DNA of 63,994 bases, filler included, from Choristocarpus tenellus KU-1152 (GCA_964200185.2; 9 parts of 9 records of this genome joined end to end with filler, not necessarily neighbours in it), one strand, 5' to 3'; positions 15,597-28,430 are shown, counted from the whole stretch's first letter. The notes: generated by a model from the sequence alone, not told the origin. Program-made: numbers and translations.

Positions 15597-16029
15597 AGTA
15601 GATAGCAGAGAACGAGACTACTGCACCTATCCAGGCAATGCCCTCTTTTCTAGTTTCGTGAACTATATAGGGCGGAGATAATGGGCCAGCGACGATTTGC
15701 AATCGTACAAATTGCCAAGTTGGGAGTGGCGATGTATGTAGTTTGGTACAAACCTTTCTACAACATCACCTTGCAACACTTGTAACAATGTCTGTATACT
15801 CAATATGGACTTGTTTTGAAGTAGACGCGTTTGTCTTTCAACTCCACGTTGATTACTATTAATATTGTTGGTACGTATTATTACGTATTTAGGATGTGTC
15901 ATAGAGTGTGGGAGGGGTAAGACAAAAACCAATCGACATCTACTAGTACAGGGTAGTAGAGGGACTTCTGATACTATGGTTTTCGTTTCCAACATGGTTT
16001 CTTCTTAAAATCTGTACTAACTATAGAAA

Positions 16030-16720
16030 ATAGAAAAAATCCCAAGAATTCGTGAGGCCTCTTCTTGCCCTCTTGTTTGGTGTCTTGAGCTTGAGATGTA
16101 GGACACATCTCAAACCATCTACCTGTCCAGTTACAGATACTATCTGTCTCAAACGAGTCTTGGCCCCCCCTTTCCTACTGTAACGCCCAACCTCTCTACC
16201 CCCTACCGGATGTGTGATCTACACAGTCATCGAGAAGCCTCTCTGCTTGCTGCCTGAGACACCAAAACTTTCCGTCCCGGAGATGTTAAGATTAAGACTA
16301 CGTAAGGATAAAGATATTATTTTATTGGGTGCTTTCCTGCCTCAGGTCCTACAGCAGCGACATTGTTGCTGGTGGACGAGTTTGTGAGGTGGCAAGGTAT
16401 CTGGACATTGCTAAAGCGATGTCCAGAAGTAGCCTTTGTCTTGATAGGGAGGTGAGCCATGTGTAGAATACCCTATGAATGACAGTAATATGTAACCAGG
16501 ACTTGATGGTGGTCAGGCTAAATAACCTCCACAGGGGAAATCTAGTGTGCTGGCTCCAGGGACTGTTTGGTGGCCCAAGAGTGCATTAGCTCCTTGGCTC
16601 ACGCTGGCTCCTGCAGTGGACTAAACTCAACGAGGAACTGACCAATCTCGTTTTGACCTTACTGTGTGTACGGACTTACCTGCTCACCATCGGAGAGGCC
16701 CTTCTGGTAACACTGAATAC
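16030..16720 (-). mobile_element. Degenerate 3' (restriction-like endonuclease) fragment of a CRE-like non-LTR retrotransposon
   Basis: Reverse complement of ~16230-16450 aligns by eye with 27720-28210 once the MITE there is removed (GACAAAGGCT...TCCACCAGCAA...GCTGCTG...TAGT..TAA.CT.AA...GGAAAGTTTTGG). Boundaries approximate. Confidence 0.6.
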
Positions 16721-18412
16721 TCCAGTTTATTATGCGTTAAGAAAAATATTTTAGTGCCTCAGTGTTTATAGCTCCTGTCCTTCAACCTTCACGATATTTA
16801 CTTGAAGCACAATTTGACTCAACAAGGAAGTCATGCCCTCCTCAGCCCCACCCTTTTCTTCACCAAGGCCATACCTCCCCACCCTTCATCAACATGGCAG
16901 ATGGTAATAATGCATGTGCAGCACACAATCAGTATTGGTCTCATCCTACCCATTATTGCAATCTTGGTCATTTGTTTCTTGAAAGCTCCCAGTTTCTTGA
17001 TGATAAGTGGTTACAATGTTCCTGATAGGTTATCTCTCATTCATTACTGTCTTAATTTTGAATGCAAATGTACCAGCAGATCACACAGGTTGCTGATGTG
17101 ATGGTGGAGTGATCCCTGTTATGATGCCTTGTAACTACCTGCCCCATTCATATGAGTGTACTGTCTGTGTGCACCTTGCTTTGGGCATGATATCAACTCC
17201 CACTAATATGCCCATACAGTTGTACAGCCACTAAATTGTACATTTCAGCACCAATCCTCGAATCATCATTGTCTTTCCCTCGCCATTCACAAAAACAACT
17301 AACACAGCAGCTGCCATGTCCCCTCAACTAATCTCAATATACAAAGCCACTCTCCATTCCTTTCACCACACTTGCCAATATTAACCTTTAAATATATGTT
17401 TCACACTGAACAAGTACCATACACAGTTTTTGATAAATTTGACAACGACCAGCAAAAATATTTGAAAAGGGTTAATTTTGACAGTTGCCACTGACGTAAC
17501 GTCTTGAATGACATTAGTGTACCGCCAAGTGCACTCAAAATCAAAATATGGTCTTGAATAGATCTCTCATGACTAAGGTGTCTCTCCAACTTTGGTCAAC
17601 AGCCAAAAGGACCCCTTTACACGATCTGCACAAGATCAAAATCCAGATAAGCTCTTTGTTCCTGAGCCATTCCTATTGCCAAAGGAAAAGTCGCTAGATA
17701 AGACTGAAACTGAAGGTGTTTACTCAATACATTCTATCGTACAGTTCACATTGTTTCACAATGAGCATTACGAGTCAAGCATGGCCAAACAATCATTCAC
17801 CATTATTAGCATAGCATTGCTTTGGGCTGCGTTCTAGCTGGGTCAAGTTCAATGTTTCTCACAACTGGCTCGCAATCTTGAATCCTCATTTTTCTGTGTC
17901 ACAGTGCCTTTTCTGAGTCAGCGAAAGTTGCTGTAGCCCCCCCCCCCCCCCCCAACCCCCCCCTCCAGAAAAGGAAATTTTTTCCTATCCCCCCCACAAC
18001 TTATTAATGTAAATTTTATTTTTTTTTNNNNNNNNNNCTGTAGCCCCCCCCCCCCAAAGATGCCCAGTACAGTTATAGTAGATGTCTACAGTGCATCACA
18101 CAATTTAATACTGGCAAATTTTATTACTTGTTGCATTTCTATTCTGTCCCTGAAGAACTTACACTGCAACCTGTACTTTCTCTCACATAACGTCCCACCC
18201 ACAACTCAGTGTCACTAAGGTAGTCCCACCATGGGCAGAGACCAATGCACTCACAAACACACTGTACACCTGTAGCCCAATTGCACTTCAAAGTATGTCT
18301 TGACAACCCTTACAACTTTGCTGGTGAATTGAGAGCGTTACAGGAGTAGGCAGTTGACAACACCATTGGAGGCATATTGATACCCGATGTTGATGTCACT
18401 ACCGAGCAACAA

Positions 18413-18627
18413 GGGAGGTAGATAATAGTTTTCAACCCTCATAATGTGGTCTAGCACACAACAGGGGAGGTAGATAATAGTTTTCAACCCTCATAATGTG
18501 GTCTAGCACACAACAGGGGAGGTAGATAATAGTTTTCAACCATCATAATGTGGTCTAGCACACAAGAGGGGAGGTAGATAATAGTTTTCAATCCTCATAG
18601 TGTGGTCTAGCACACAACAGGGGAGGT
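18413..18627. repeat. Minisatellite, ~52-bp unit x ~4
   Basis: Repeated GGGGAGGTAGATAATAGTTTTCAACCCTCATAATGTGGTCTAGCACACAACA. Confidence 0.9.
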
Positions 18628-19117
18628 GACTGGCAACTACCGCCTACCTCCCTTGCTACCCAGTGATCTCATCAGCATTGTCGAATAGCCATGTATGCTT
18701 GATTGCTATTATCAACTAGCTACCTGCTTGACCAATCTAACTCTTACCCCTATGAACTCTTGTCACCCTTTGAACACATTTGAACATATTTTGTTGCTGA
18801 TTTCTATGACGGTTCATCTAGGTAATGCTCTAAGTGTAGTCCCTCTTAGGAGGGCATGGGTGTACTGGGTAGTATGGGTAGTAGTTGCCTGTAGCATCAG
18901 CCATCCACTTGCCCCATACCTTCAATATGTGCTGAGAGTAGTGTGCTGAGAGTAGTGTGCTCCTTCAGGCTGTCCTCCAGTTACTTCAAAAAAAATGAAA
19001 TCCATGCCCAGCTATCACGTGTGAGACAATCACCTCCAGACTATGGACAAACTTTACAATCACATTGCTCATTCTTAAATTTTCAAAGGTGCTTGCCTTG
19101 GTGGATCAACTGTCTCT

Positions 19118-19297
19118 GACACAAAGTATCTGGGGGGGGAAGGGGGGTCTACACCAGGGTGTCCATTTGGACCATAACCATGAAAAGTGCACTTGCAATT
19201 TTCGTATGACATATGCAACCAAATCACACAAAAATCTCGACATGAAAAAATTGTCCCCAAATGGACAGCCACCACCACCCCCCAGATACTTTGAGCC
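19118..19297 (+). mobile_element. MITE family 2 (~180 bp)
   Basis: TIRs GACACAAAGTATCTGGGGGG...CCCCCAGATACTTTGAGCC with 4-bp TSD CTCT. A second full copy is at 32940-33121; related ends occur at 30254-30275, 57256-57300 and 57440-57488. Confidence 0.8.
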
Positions 19298-20644
19298 CTC
19301 TGTGTTGTTGTGTCATGAGTGTGGACGCTTCTTGGTTTGATCTAACTGCACCTCTACTGGCCCTAACACTATGTATAATAATAACAGTATTAATAGTTAC
19401 AGCTTGAGCACTAATATGGACATGTACATTAGGTCTTGTCTAATGTACTTTCAAGAGACCCCAGCATACCTCTGTAGACAGAACTGTCCTAAAACTCTTA
19501 GGCAGTAATAATCACACTATTGATACTATTGATACCAACTTGTTCCTATTTCATACATCTCTAAAAAAAACTTCTACAGCACACATTGGGAAGTGAACCA
19601 AATAACAACTAGTTTCTTGGTGTACAGTGTCCACACAGTTCAGTATACTCTGACACTCAGTGTCAAAAAGGATAATAGTTATGACCCATTTCAACAACAC
19701 AATTTTTTTTACAATTACATCAAAATGGGCTCATTGCACGCACTTCCTTCCTAACAACCACAAAGAATCACTGGTATAAACAATAAATTGTTATACACTT
19801 AGGTAGTATTCACAATAAGGCACCTAAGTCTCCCCACATCACTGTAAAATCATAAGGTGCTGATCACAAGACGTCATGAAAGCAAGCACTGGAAGTATTT
19901 CATACTTCAAAGTATTAGATATATTCACAAAATGAAGAGAGTCGGCATTAACTTTCAGTATTGTGGAAAGTATCATGACAAGTATCATGACAAACATGGG
20001 TCATAATATCTTGTCTACCATAGGTACCTCAACAAATACCTGTGAGGTAGAGGAACAAGCACAAGACTGCCGTTGCCCTGTCCATCAACATCATCCAATT
20101 GAGAAATACAATACCAAGAGTGACTTATCATAGCAAGAGTCAATCCCATGGCCTGCACCATGAGCACCTTGAAGTACTCTTCCAAAGGTGACACACCATA
20201 CATACCCAACTCTCATCATATACAAACATCTACATGCTGACACTGTGAAGCACTTTCTACATGACAGAACAGCCAATCTCGATCACCGTTTACCAGCATC
20301 TACTCTTCTACCTCCTGTATATAGTACATACTATGTACCATCCAAACAGGAACTGACCAAACCTACATGCAATCAACACATTTTGAGGTTAGGATGCACA
20401 ATATAAGCACTTAAAAGCAGATACAAGCATTGGGGATGGGGGTGCTCTCGCGACTCACACATACATGCATAGGAGGGACTGTGTGCCACTTCAAACTATA
20501 TATTCAACCTATTTACTACCCCCCCCCCTCCTGCTGCACCAAATTTTATGACTTCTGCAACTGTTTAAATATACTTCACTACCCTTTATCCCCCCCTCCG
20601 AACGCGCCAACCCCCCCCTCTGGTGAGTACGCCCGCTCTATCTC

Positions 20645-20744
20645 NNNNNNNNNNNNNNNNNNNNNNNNNNNNNNNNNNNNNNNNNNNNTTAATTAATTAA
20701 NNNNNNNNNNNNNNNNNNNNNNNNNNNNNNNNNNNNNNNNNNNN
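20645..20744. other. Artificial 100-bp scaffold linker (N44-TTAATTAATTAA-N44); same linker at 27401, 30154, 33127, 35889, 51332, 57322, 61344
   Basis: Eight identical 100-bp spacers whose core carries stop codons in all six frames. Confidence 0.97.
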
Positions 20745-20800
20745 CAAAACTTTCCACCGCAAAGGTGTTGAGGTTATAACTACGAGGATCAAAGGAGCCC
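20745..20800 (-). mobile_element. Short CRE-like endonuclease fragment at a contig start
   Basis: Reverse complement matches 28110-28165 (GSFDPRSYNLNTFAVESF). Confidence 0.7.
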
Positions 20801-23800
20801 TCATAGTAAATATTGTTGTTGAAGAATTAGATAAGAAAAACATAATTACGTGGCTATCGTGAATTACAATAGTATACTCAAGGAGGCTAGAACAGGAAAG
20901 GAGCCGTCAAATTCCGTCTACGACAGAGAGTATCTTTCACAACACATGTAAATCTATCTAGACTTATCATACGTTTAAGCTGGTAGCAATGAATAGCTTA
21001 TTAGATTATTAGGATACTTCGCTACCTCCTCACCCTGGAGTACAGGACTAAGGTATGTTGGAGGAACAGGAAACCAGTGGTGTAGCATAGCTGGTAGTAA
21101 AAGAGTAAATACTGAGTAGATGAAAGAAAAAAGTCTTTCACATTTACGACAACTGTTACTCTTTAGGGGTTGTTCTGACATTTGAATGGTTTTTCGTTGG
21201 TTTTTCTCGTCAGACATTTGCAAAATGTAAGAGGGCATAATAATAAAATAATATACTCGTAACTTTTGCTGTTTTTGTTCAGATGTCGAAGTTCAAAAAC
21301 GAATGCAAAACTCCTCTACTTACAAGATATCCCTTCGATCCTCCTCTGGTAATACACCTGAGTGAGATCACTGCAAATAGGTGTGGTGACCCACCCCTCT
21401 CGTGGAGGAAAGTGTGTGGAGTGAGGGGATTAGGAAGGAAGGATGCAAGACAAATGAGATACATCAACTACATGTATGTGAGTGTAGATTTTTGGAAGGC
21501 ATGTTCGTGTTACACTTCTGTATTGAATGTTGGAGATGTTGCCATTCATAGAAAGGAAGAAGGAAGCAACATTCAATGTGCTCAAACCCCATGCTCAAAG
21601 ACATGAGTTACAAATTAAGAACAGAAAATGAAGCATTCATATCTGCCAAAAACGAAAAGAATTGTTTTTAAAATGCTGAAACATAGAAAAGAAAAGAAAA
21701 GCGAAGAAATGTACTGCTATTAAAGTACTACCTAAACGGATTATGAGATACGGTACACGCGTAGTTTTGGTCTCCGTTTTTTTACATCCATTAGGAAAAT
21801 GTCATTGTAATCCTACTTGTAGTTTTTGTCTCTGTTTTCTTACATCCATTCGGAAAATGTCAGTGGCCAAAATAAAATTAAACTACGTATCACTAACTAT
21901 AATATATAACCCACTATAATAATAGGAAGTAAGAATATAAAACCCCGAACATTATGGACATCGCACGATGAAAGAGACTCTATCAATAGCAACTATTTAC
22001 GTAATGCAATCGGTTCCAACTATGCACCACAAGCACCAATAGTGAGGTCCATGCCGCCCTTCCTCCATTCTTCAGAAAAGAGACACAACGCACTGGAATA
22101 CAACGAGAAAAAGGGAAGAAAGAAAATAAAGTAAAGCATATATATCCACAAGAGGATCATGACAGACAACAGAGATCAGCGCACCAGTGCCAAGGCGAGG
22201 TCTATGTCCTCAATCCAAATCTCTGCGTGCATCACGCACGCCATTCCTTCTCTTTTATCCTCTCGCCTCACACTTTGGGCACTAGTCTGGTTATCTTGCC
22301 GATTTATTTTCTGCCTCATCAAGTAGGGTGGTTGGTTAAGACAGTTTCACTCCACGGTTTTTGTCAATCTACTCCTGAGTTGCAGCTTGCTGCTGTAGAT
22401 GCTGTTGATATAGTCAGGCGGGAACCACTTGGTTCTAAACTACACTATCTATTCATTACTCCTAATGGATGCACGGCGCTTAATATGTGCCCCCCCATCG
22501 ACGGACGTACTTTCCGGCTCATTATGCTAAGGCTTTTACCACTTGAATTTATTTTTTGGGGGGGAGGGGGGTTGAAATACGAGTACTGGTTATCTACATC
22601 CTATCATGGTGACCTTTTCTTTGGATTTGTTCCAGGTAGGGTGGTGAAAAAGGAAGGTGCATTTAGATTAAACAATTGACTTTACATCTTCTAAATGTAG
22701 TCAAGACAAAAAAAAATCCCTCTACAGCGTCACAAGGGCTTCTAATGGACACTTGACCTCCTACCTAGGATATTACAAATCATATTTTATCTTGCATCTT
22801 TTTAAACGTCATTGAAGTTTCTTGTTTCTCTTTGCTTGGTCTTTTTATCTTCTTTCCGACTACAGGTTATAGACTGCAGTATGTTCCCTTTCTATTTCCT
22901 CCAACGTTTGAAGTATCATTACTTTGTGAATCAAACAATCACTATGCTAGATGATCAACCGATCGATCAAACAAAGATGGAGAAGACAAAAGACCAAAAC
23001 TACAAGAACATCCAATACAAAAAGTTGCATTTTTTAAGATATTACTTTTTTCTTTTCAGATCTACATTTACTGTTCAGAATGTTATGTAATAAGAGATTG
23101 TTCTCCAGACACCAATGCTCATACTCCTATACCCCCAGCCTTGGAGCTAGAAAGAGTCCCATTTGTATTGAGACATTGTTGTAACAGGAGTCTTGAAATA
23201 TGTTTTTGACTAAAACAAATAAACCTCTACAATAGTGGTGATCCTTGTCATAGCTCTGGCCTTAGTTTCTCCCTCTCTCTGATACATCTGCAAGGTGCAA
23301 GAGGTACTGATGTATCTATGTATGTATGTAATTTTGAGAGGTAGGGGTAGTAGTTGACTGGCCCATCCGCGGTTAACCACGTATCTATTTTACTGTCTTG
23401 ACACAGTACCTCTCATTCACCAATCCCCGGCCCAGAAGCACAATCGCCTGCCCTCAACAGACCATGAAGAAGGGTAGTCCCTTCCAACACAAGCAAAACC
23501 TTCAACCTTTGTTCTTTGTTGAGGTACTTCCCATTCTTCTCCAGGTTTCCATCCACCTACGTCACCATTCTTTCCACTCCTTCCATTGAGCTTGGAGTGT
23601 TTTGCACTCCCTGCTCACCTTCTTCCGCAACAGTTGGCCACACCCTCTTCAACCTATTCCTCCATTTACCATTGTAGCACTCGCCGCAAGAAGGATAGTG
23701 CCCATGTTTGCCCTCATATCCCTCGAGTAAATCAGAATTTCTTCAACGTTGACATTCACACTGTAAACTCTCTCCCTCATGACAATATCCTAACTGCCAG

Positions 23801-24467
23801 GCAGTACAAATTCTATCCCTCATCCAAACTTGGTGTGGGATGCATTCCTGCGGGTTGTTTGGACAAGACAATCGCAGGCCCCCTAGGGTGTGCCCGTTAG
23901 ACTATGTAGTGAACCACTGGTACTGCGACAGCAATATGGAGCAGGTATTGACCTCGTTACAGGGAAGCTGGAGAATCTTGGGGATAGTGATCGTATGGAA
24001 AGGGACTAGACATGAAGGTGGTTTCACATCCCATTGCAAGGCGGCACAATTCGGAGTCGAGGGGGTTGGAGAGAGACGAGGGTGTGACACATAGGCACAT
24101 GCATTTTTTACGTCTGAAGGACATCAATTTTAGTCATTTTGGTGAAACAAATTTGGACCCAGTGTCTCACTGAATTATCTGATCAAACTTTGTACACAAA
24201 TATTCCTTGTACTCATGGCCATGTGAAAATATATATATTAATAGTCAATGCTTAAATTTCTCTTGATATGTACATTGTTTTACCTCCTCTGCTCGTGAGA
24301 TAAACAGTTGGCACTCCATCAATCCAGACGGTGTTCAGCACCTTGAAATCCTCTCTAATTAACATTACCTCATCACCGTTACCGAACTGACCCCTGTATA
24401 TGAAGTGTTTCCTGGCATTCCATAAACTGTTTCTTTTTGGTGAATAATGAACTCTGTTGTGCTAGAT

Positions 24468-24762
24468 CGATCCAGGGTATTTACCCGATGACACAACCAG
24501 GGATGTGTGCCTTAGGAGTCACCTTTCCAGAAAAAAGACGCACCTAGAAGTGAGTAATGTGTGTGTGGTGAGAACGGAGCCATCACAATATGATGTCTTG
24601 GGGTTCCTAACTGATTTTGGAAGGAACCCAAAGACATCATACTCTGACGGCTTCGTTCTCACCACACATACATTACTCACTTCTAGGTGCATCTTGTTCC
24701 TGGAAAGGTCAATCCTGAGACATACATCCCTAGTTGTGTCTTCGAGTAAACATCTCGGATCG
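24468..24762. repeat. Long gapless inverted repeat (141-bp arms, 13-nt loop)
   Basis: 24468-24608 versus the reverse complement of 24622-24762: 21 mismatches by hand alignment, no indels. Confidence 0.95.
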
Positions 24763-25234
24763 CTTTGCCCCAACAGAGGGTTAAGTGTCACCTGCCACTT
24801 GCAGTTTTAAACATTGCCAACTGTACAACTGGTGCATTAACAAGATCTCTTGGTGTAGACCCGAGAAGGAGAGCCACCATCTAAATGCTGTTGAGTGATA
24901 AAACCTACGCATGAACTTGATGCCTGGAAAGACAAGGGACATGGAGATCATGTCATCGAATGTGGTTCACCTCGTGAACCGCAACATGAACAATCATCTG
25001 CTTCCAGAGTGTGTTAGGCGCCAGAAGGGTTTCTCGTAACTCCCTGAACTTCACACCATCGTTGTCGATCCAAACCTGTGCATAGGCGGCCACATGGGGG
25101 TGGAGAGAATGGGATGTTGTGGTGGGACTCACGAAACAAATATTGCAGTAAAATGATCATGAATGGAAAAGAAGAATCCTGAAAAACTAATGGAAAGGGA
25201 TATCGCTGTAAAAAGATCCAAACAAAGGAAGTGG

Positions 25235-25900
25235 TTAGACACGGCAAGGTAACCAACCTTCACACCAACAGCGTGCATCAAAGGAACCTTGAACTCCCTC
25301 CACATGCTCTTCTTCCTCCAGTGTGGACAATGTCAAGGTGTAATCTGTTGAAGCTTTGAGTGTCTCGACCAAATACGATAATCCCAGTATTCGTACTCCA
25401 TTGCACTCAAGCAGCCTGACTAACATTGGACTCAACCATGCCCAAATCGCATCCGACAAGGACTTCGCAAGCATGCAGGATAGAAATTGTGCGCAACAAT
25501 AATCCCAGGCCTTCCAAAGGCCTGCGAAACCCACTGCATGTGCCACCTGTTCTGGAACTGGCTTCCACATCCACCAGTTCAGATTTGTAGGACCTGCAGT
25601 TCCTGTCTGTACTCGGAAGTCATGGGCTTCAAGAATTCATTGATGAACTTCTCCAGATTGTTCTGTACCAATTCATTGTCCAGCATGCTGTTTTAGCTCA
25701 AGAATACAACGTCATGCACCCCATCCGTCCCCCCTCAATGTGTCCTCTCCCTAAGTCCTGGTGACCATGACTGTACTGAGGTTGGGAGTCTACCGTGAGC
25801 ACAGCATGCTTAGCACATAGAACGGCTATCGAATGCTTGTAGTGGGGGGCCTGCCAACCGCTGGTGTTGTGATACAGAAAGTTGTTGTGAAGTTCTTGAA
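25235..25900 (-). mobile_element. Degenerate Sola2-like DDE transposase fragment
   Basis: Minus-strand translation HDVVFLS*NSMLDNELVQNNLEKFINEFL...VLQI*TGGCGSQFQNRWHMQWVS...IIVAHNF/SC..AKSLSDAI resembles the Sola-type core (HD..V, WSDGC.SQFKNR, .NFF..HGK..D). It carries stops and a frameshift. Confidence 0.55.
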
Positions 25901-25961
25901 GATGATCCCAACAAGTGTAGGAAACCTCTCCATTCTTGGGAATTTTACCTATGAAAAGAGA

Positions 25962-26905
25962 GCACTCGACATTGTTGATGAATAGGAGAGAACCTGTTGC
26001 AGTGTGTAGGGGAGGCTCTTCTTTTCGACATACGTGGGTTATGGGTAGTCAGCAGCGTGCGCCTCTTTTGGTGTTTGTTAGTACTAGTGGCAAATATGTT
26101 AACATCCTCGTCGAGATCGTCACTTTGTGGAGATTTGTTTTAGTATCCCAAGGCATGTAGCGGGCTGTGATGAAGTCGTCAGTAATCAGGTCCTTTGCCA
26201 TTGTACTCGATATGCTTCCTCTTGATCCTTCCAATCATGTCCCGATTTGAGGCCCAATGTAGGGGGCGTATAGAGCTAACCAACTTGAGAAAGCCTGCAG
26301 AGCAGAGCAAAAGGTCGATTAAGAATGAAACTTGCGTGTGCCGAGTGAGCAATAGTAAGGGTGTGGCCTATTTGTCGAGAAAAGAAGTGATATATAAACT
26401 AAGTTCTGAAAACTGTGCGGAAAAGATTGGAAACTTGTTTAAAACACAGAGTACGCATTCACCTTGATGTCGTTGTGCGAGATTCCTTCGAGCTCAGTCT
26501 CCACAATGGGTGTTTATGCGTTGATGAACGCGTTACAGGTTAAAGTCACCGAATGAGAGTCGACCATCCGTTCCAGGCTCTCTCAGGTTGGTTAGTTCTA
26601 TGTGCCGCCACAAAGCGAGATGATGATTGAAAGGATCGAGGAGAAATATGTGGAGTACAGGGCAAAGGACCTAATGACCGACGACTTCACTGCAGTCAGC
26701 TACATGCCTGGGGATAACAACACAAACTCTCCACACAGTGACGATCTCGACGAGGATAACAACCTACCAACCACCAGAACCAACAAACACAAGAAGAAGC
26801 GCAAGTTGACGACTCATCATTCCTACATTTCCTACGATATCGAAAAGAAGAGTCTCCTCCACACTCTGCAACGGGTTCTCTCCCACTCATCAATAATGTC
26901 GACTA
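25962..26905. repeat. Diverged inverted repeat pair (~290-bp arms) with paralogous coding-like content
   Basis: The reverse complement of 25962-26255 aligns with 26605-26905, sharing blocks such as GGCAAAGGACCT, GACGACTTCA, CTACATGCCT, GTGACGATCTCGACGAGGAT, TCGAAAAGAAGAG. Confidence 0.85.
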
Positions 26906-27360
26906 TCTTTTTGTAATGTTCCTACTACCTATGCTACACCACTCCCTGCTACGCCTCCAATTTGGCTTAGTCCTACACCATAGAGCGAGGATCTAGGAAA
27001 GCATCCTAAGAATCCAACAAGTTCCTCGTTGCCCATCTCGCTAGTGTCTCCACCTTAAAACGTACCATACATCTAGATAGATATACTTGTGTTGTGACAG
27101 GGACTATCATACACAGGATTTGACAAGTCCTATAAATGGTGGTGGAACCACCCATGTTTCAACACCATACATATATTTTTATTGTTATACTCTCTGATAT
27201 TTTAGAGAGTGTCAGTGAAAACATTTTTATGTAAAAAAACAAACAAAAAAGTAAAAATAGTCGTAAATAAAACAAATATGAGACATTTTGTCATCGATCA
27301 ACTATTTTACATATACAAGTCACCGATCCTTATTAGGTTGAGTATCACATTAAGCAAAAG

Positions 27361-27400
27361 GAGCCAAAGTATCTTAGAGGGTAGAGCCGCGTCCATTTGG
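27361..27400 (-). mobile_element. MITE family 1, terminal fragment at a contig end
   Basis: GAGCCAAAGTATCTTAGAGGGTAGAGCCGCGTCCATTTGG runs into the linker. Confidence 0.85.
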
Positions 27401-27500
27401 NNNNNNNNNNNNNNNNNNNNNNNNNNNNNNNNNNNNNNNNNNNNTTAATTAATTAANNNNNNNNNNNNNNNNNNNNNNNNNNNNNNNNNNNNNNNNNNNN

Positions 27501-28430
27501 GCAAAATGTTGACACCAGACATGCCCGTACCTGCCTCGGGGCAGGAGGTCAGATGCGACAACACACCCTTATGATGAAACGCGTAAGTCAACTATGCAAG
27601 GGAATGGGCATCCCTTGCACTACGGAGGACGATAGCCCCTTCACAGTAGGCAGGAATTTCCGCATGGATCTAGTCTTCCATGCAGAGGCACTGGCAGACG
27701 CCGGATCAGCCCACTACTGGGACAAAGGCTTCCTGCTAGATACTACATTTCCAGAAGTGGAGTGAAAGTATCTTAGAGGGTACGATTTTTACCCTGTTTG
27801 TCCATTTAGGGCTTGGCTTCCCACGGGTTTTTGGTGACATTTTACCTGCTCCAAAATGTTTCGGGGTAGGTAAAATGTATATGTTATGAAAGGAAGTGTC
27901 CAGAGCAAGGATATTGACATCTCCTAACGAACATGATAGTCAAAATTGCATCGAAATTGTAACATTGGATTTTGGCCCCCAAATGGACGCGGCTCTGCCC
28001 TCTAAGATACTTTGACTCAGTGCAGACAACCTCCCATTTTCCACATTCATCCACAAGCAATGGTTTAGCTGCTGCTGCAGCTGAGGCACAAAAGCGCACC
28101 CACTAAAAGGGCTCTTTTGATCCTCGTAGTTATAACCTCAATACCTTCACGGTAGAAATTTTTGGGTGCCTCGGCAAGCAAGCGGAACGTTTCCTAGATG
28201 AGCTGGCTACACGCACTATAAGGAGGAGAGGAACTGGAGGCTATGGCAGGAAAGGGGCGGTCAAATACCAAATCCCGCCTACACCAAGTATTCTCGGTAA
28301 CAACGCAGGTGGCACTGTCTAGACGTGTCATGCGTTTTAAGCTGGAGTCACCAGGGAGATCGGCAAGGAAGGGTTTGTTGGATTCTTGGGATGCTTCCCT
28401 AGGTCCCCACCCTGGGGTTCAGGAATAGGT
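27501..28430 (+). mobile_element. CRE-like non-LTR retrotransposon 3' region (Zn knuckle plus restriction-like endonuclease), interrupted by a MITE
   Basis: HARTC...RQH, RMDLVF, LLDTTFPEV|QTTSH...AAAEAQKRTH*KGSFDPRSYNLNTFTVEIFGCLGKQAERFLDELA. The reading frame is continuous once the MITE and one TSD copy are removed. Confidence 0.75.
27760..28018 (+). mobile_element. MITE family 1 inserted in the CRE-like element
   Basis: Same TIRs as the 13691 copy; 4-bp TSD AGTG on both sides. Confidence 0.92.

Noticed and set aside
17931-18130. Apparent tandem duplication across a 10-N gap
   Set aside because: The left copy looks like a garbled read of the right copy after a poly-C run; an artefact.
18413-18627. 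Regular repeats as a CRISPR array
   Set aside because: Head-to-tail units with no unique spacers, in eukaryotic context.
23350-24100. Purine-rich minus-strand segment resembling decayed coding sequence
   Set aside because: No recognisable motif in the frames examined; cannot be supported without a search.
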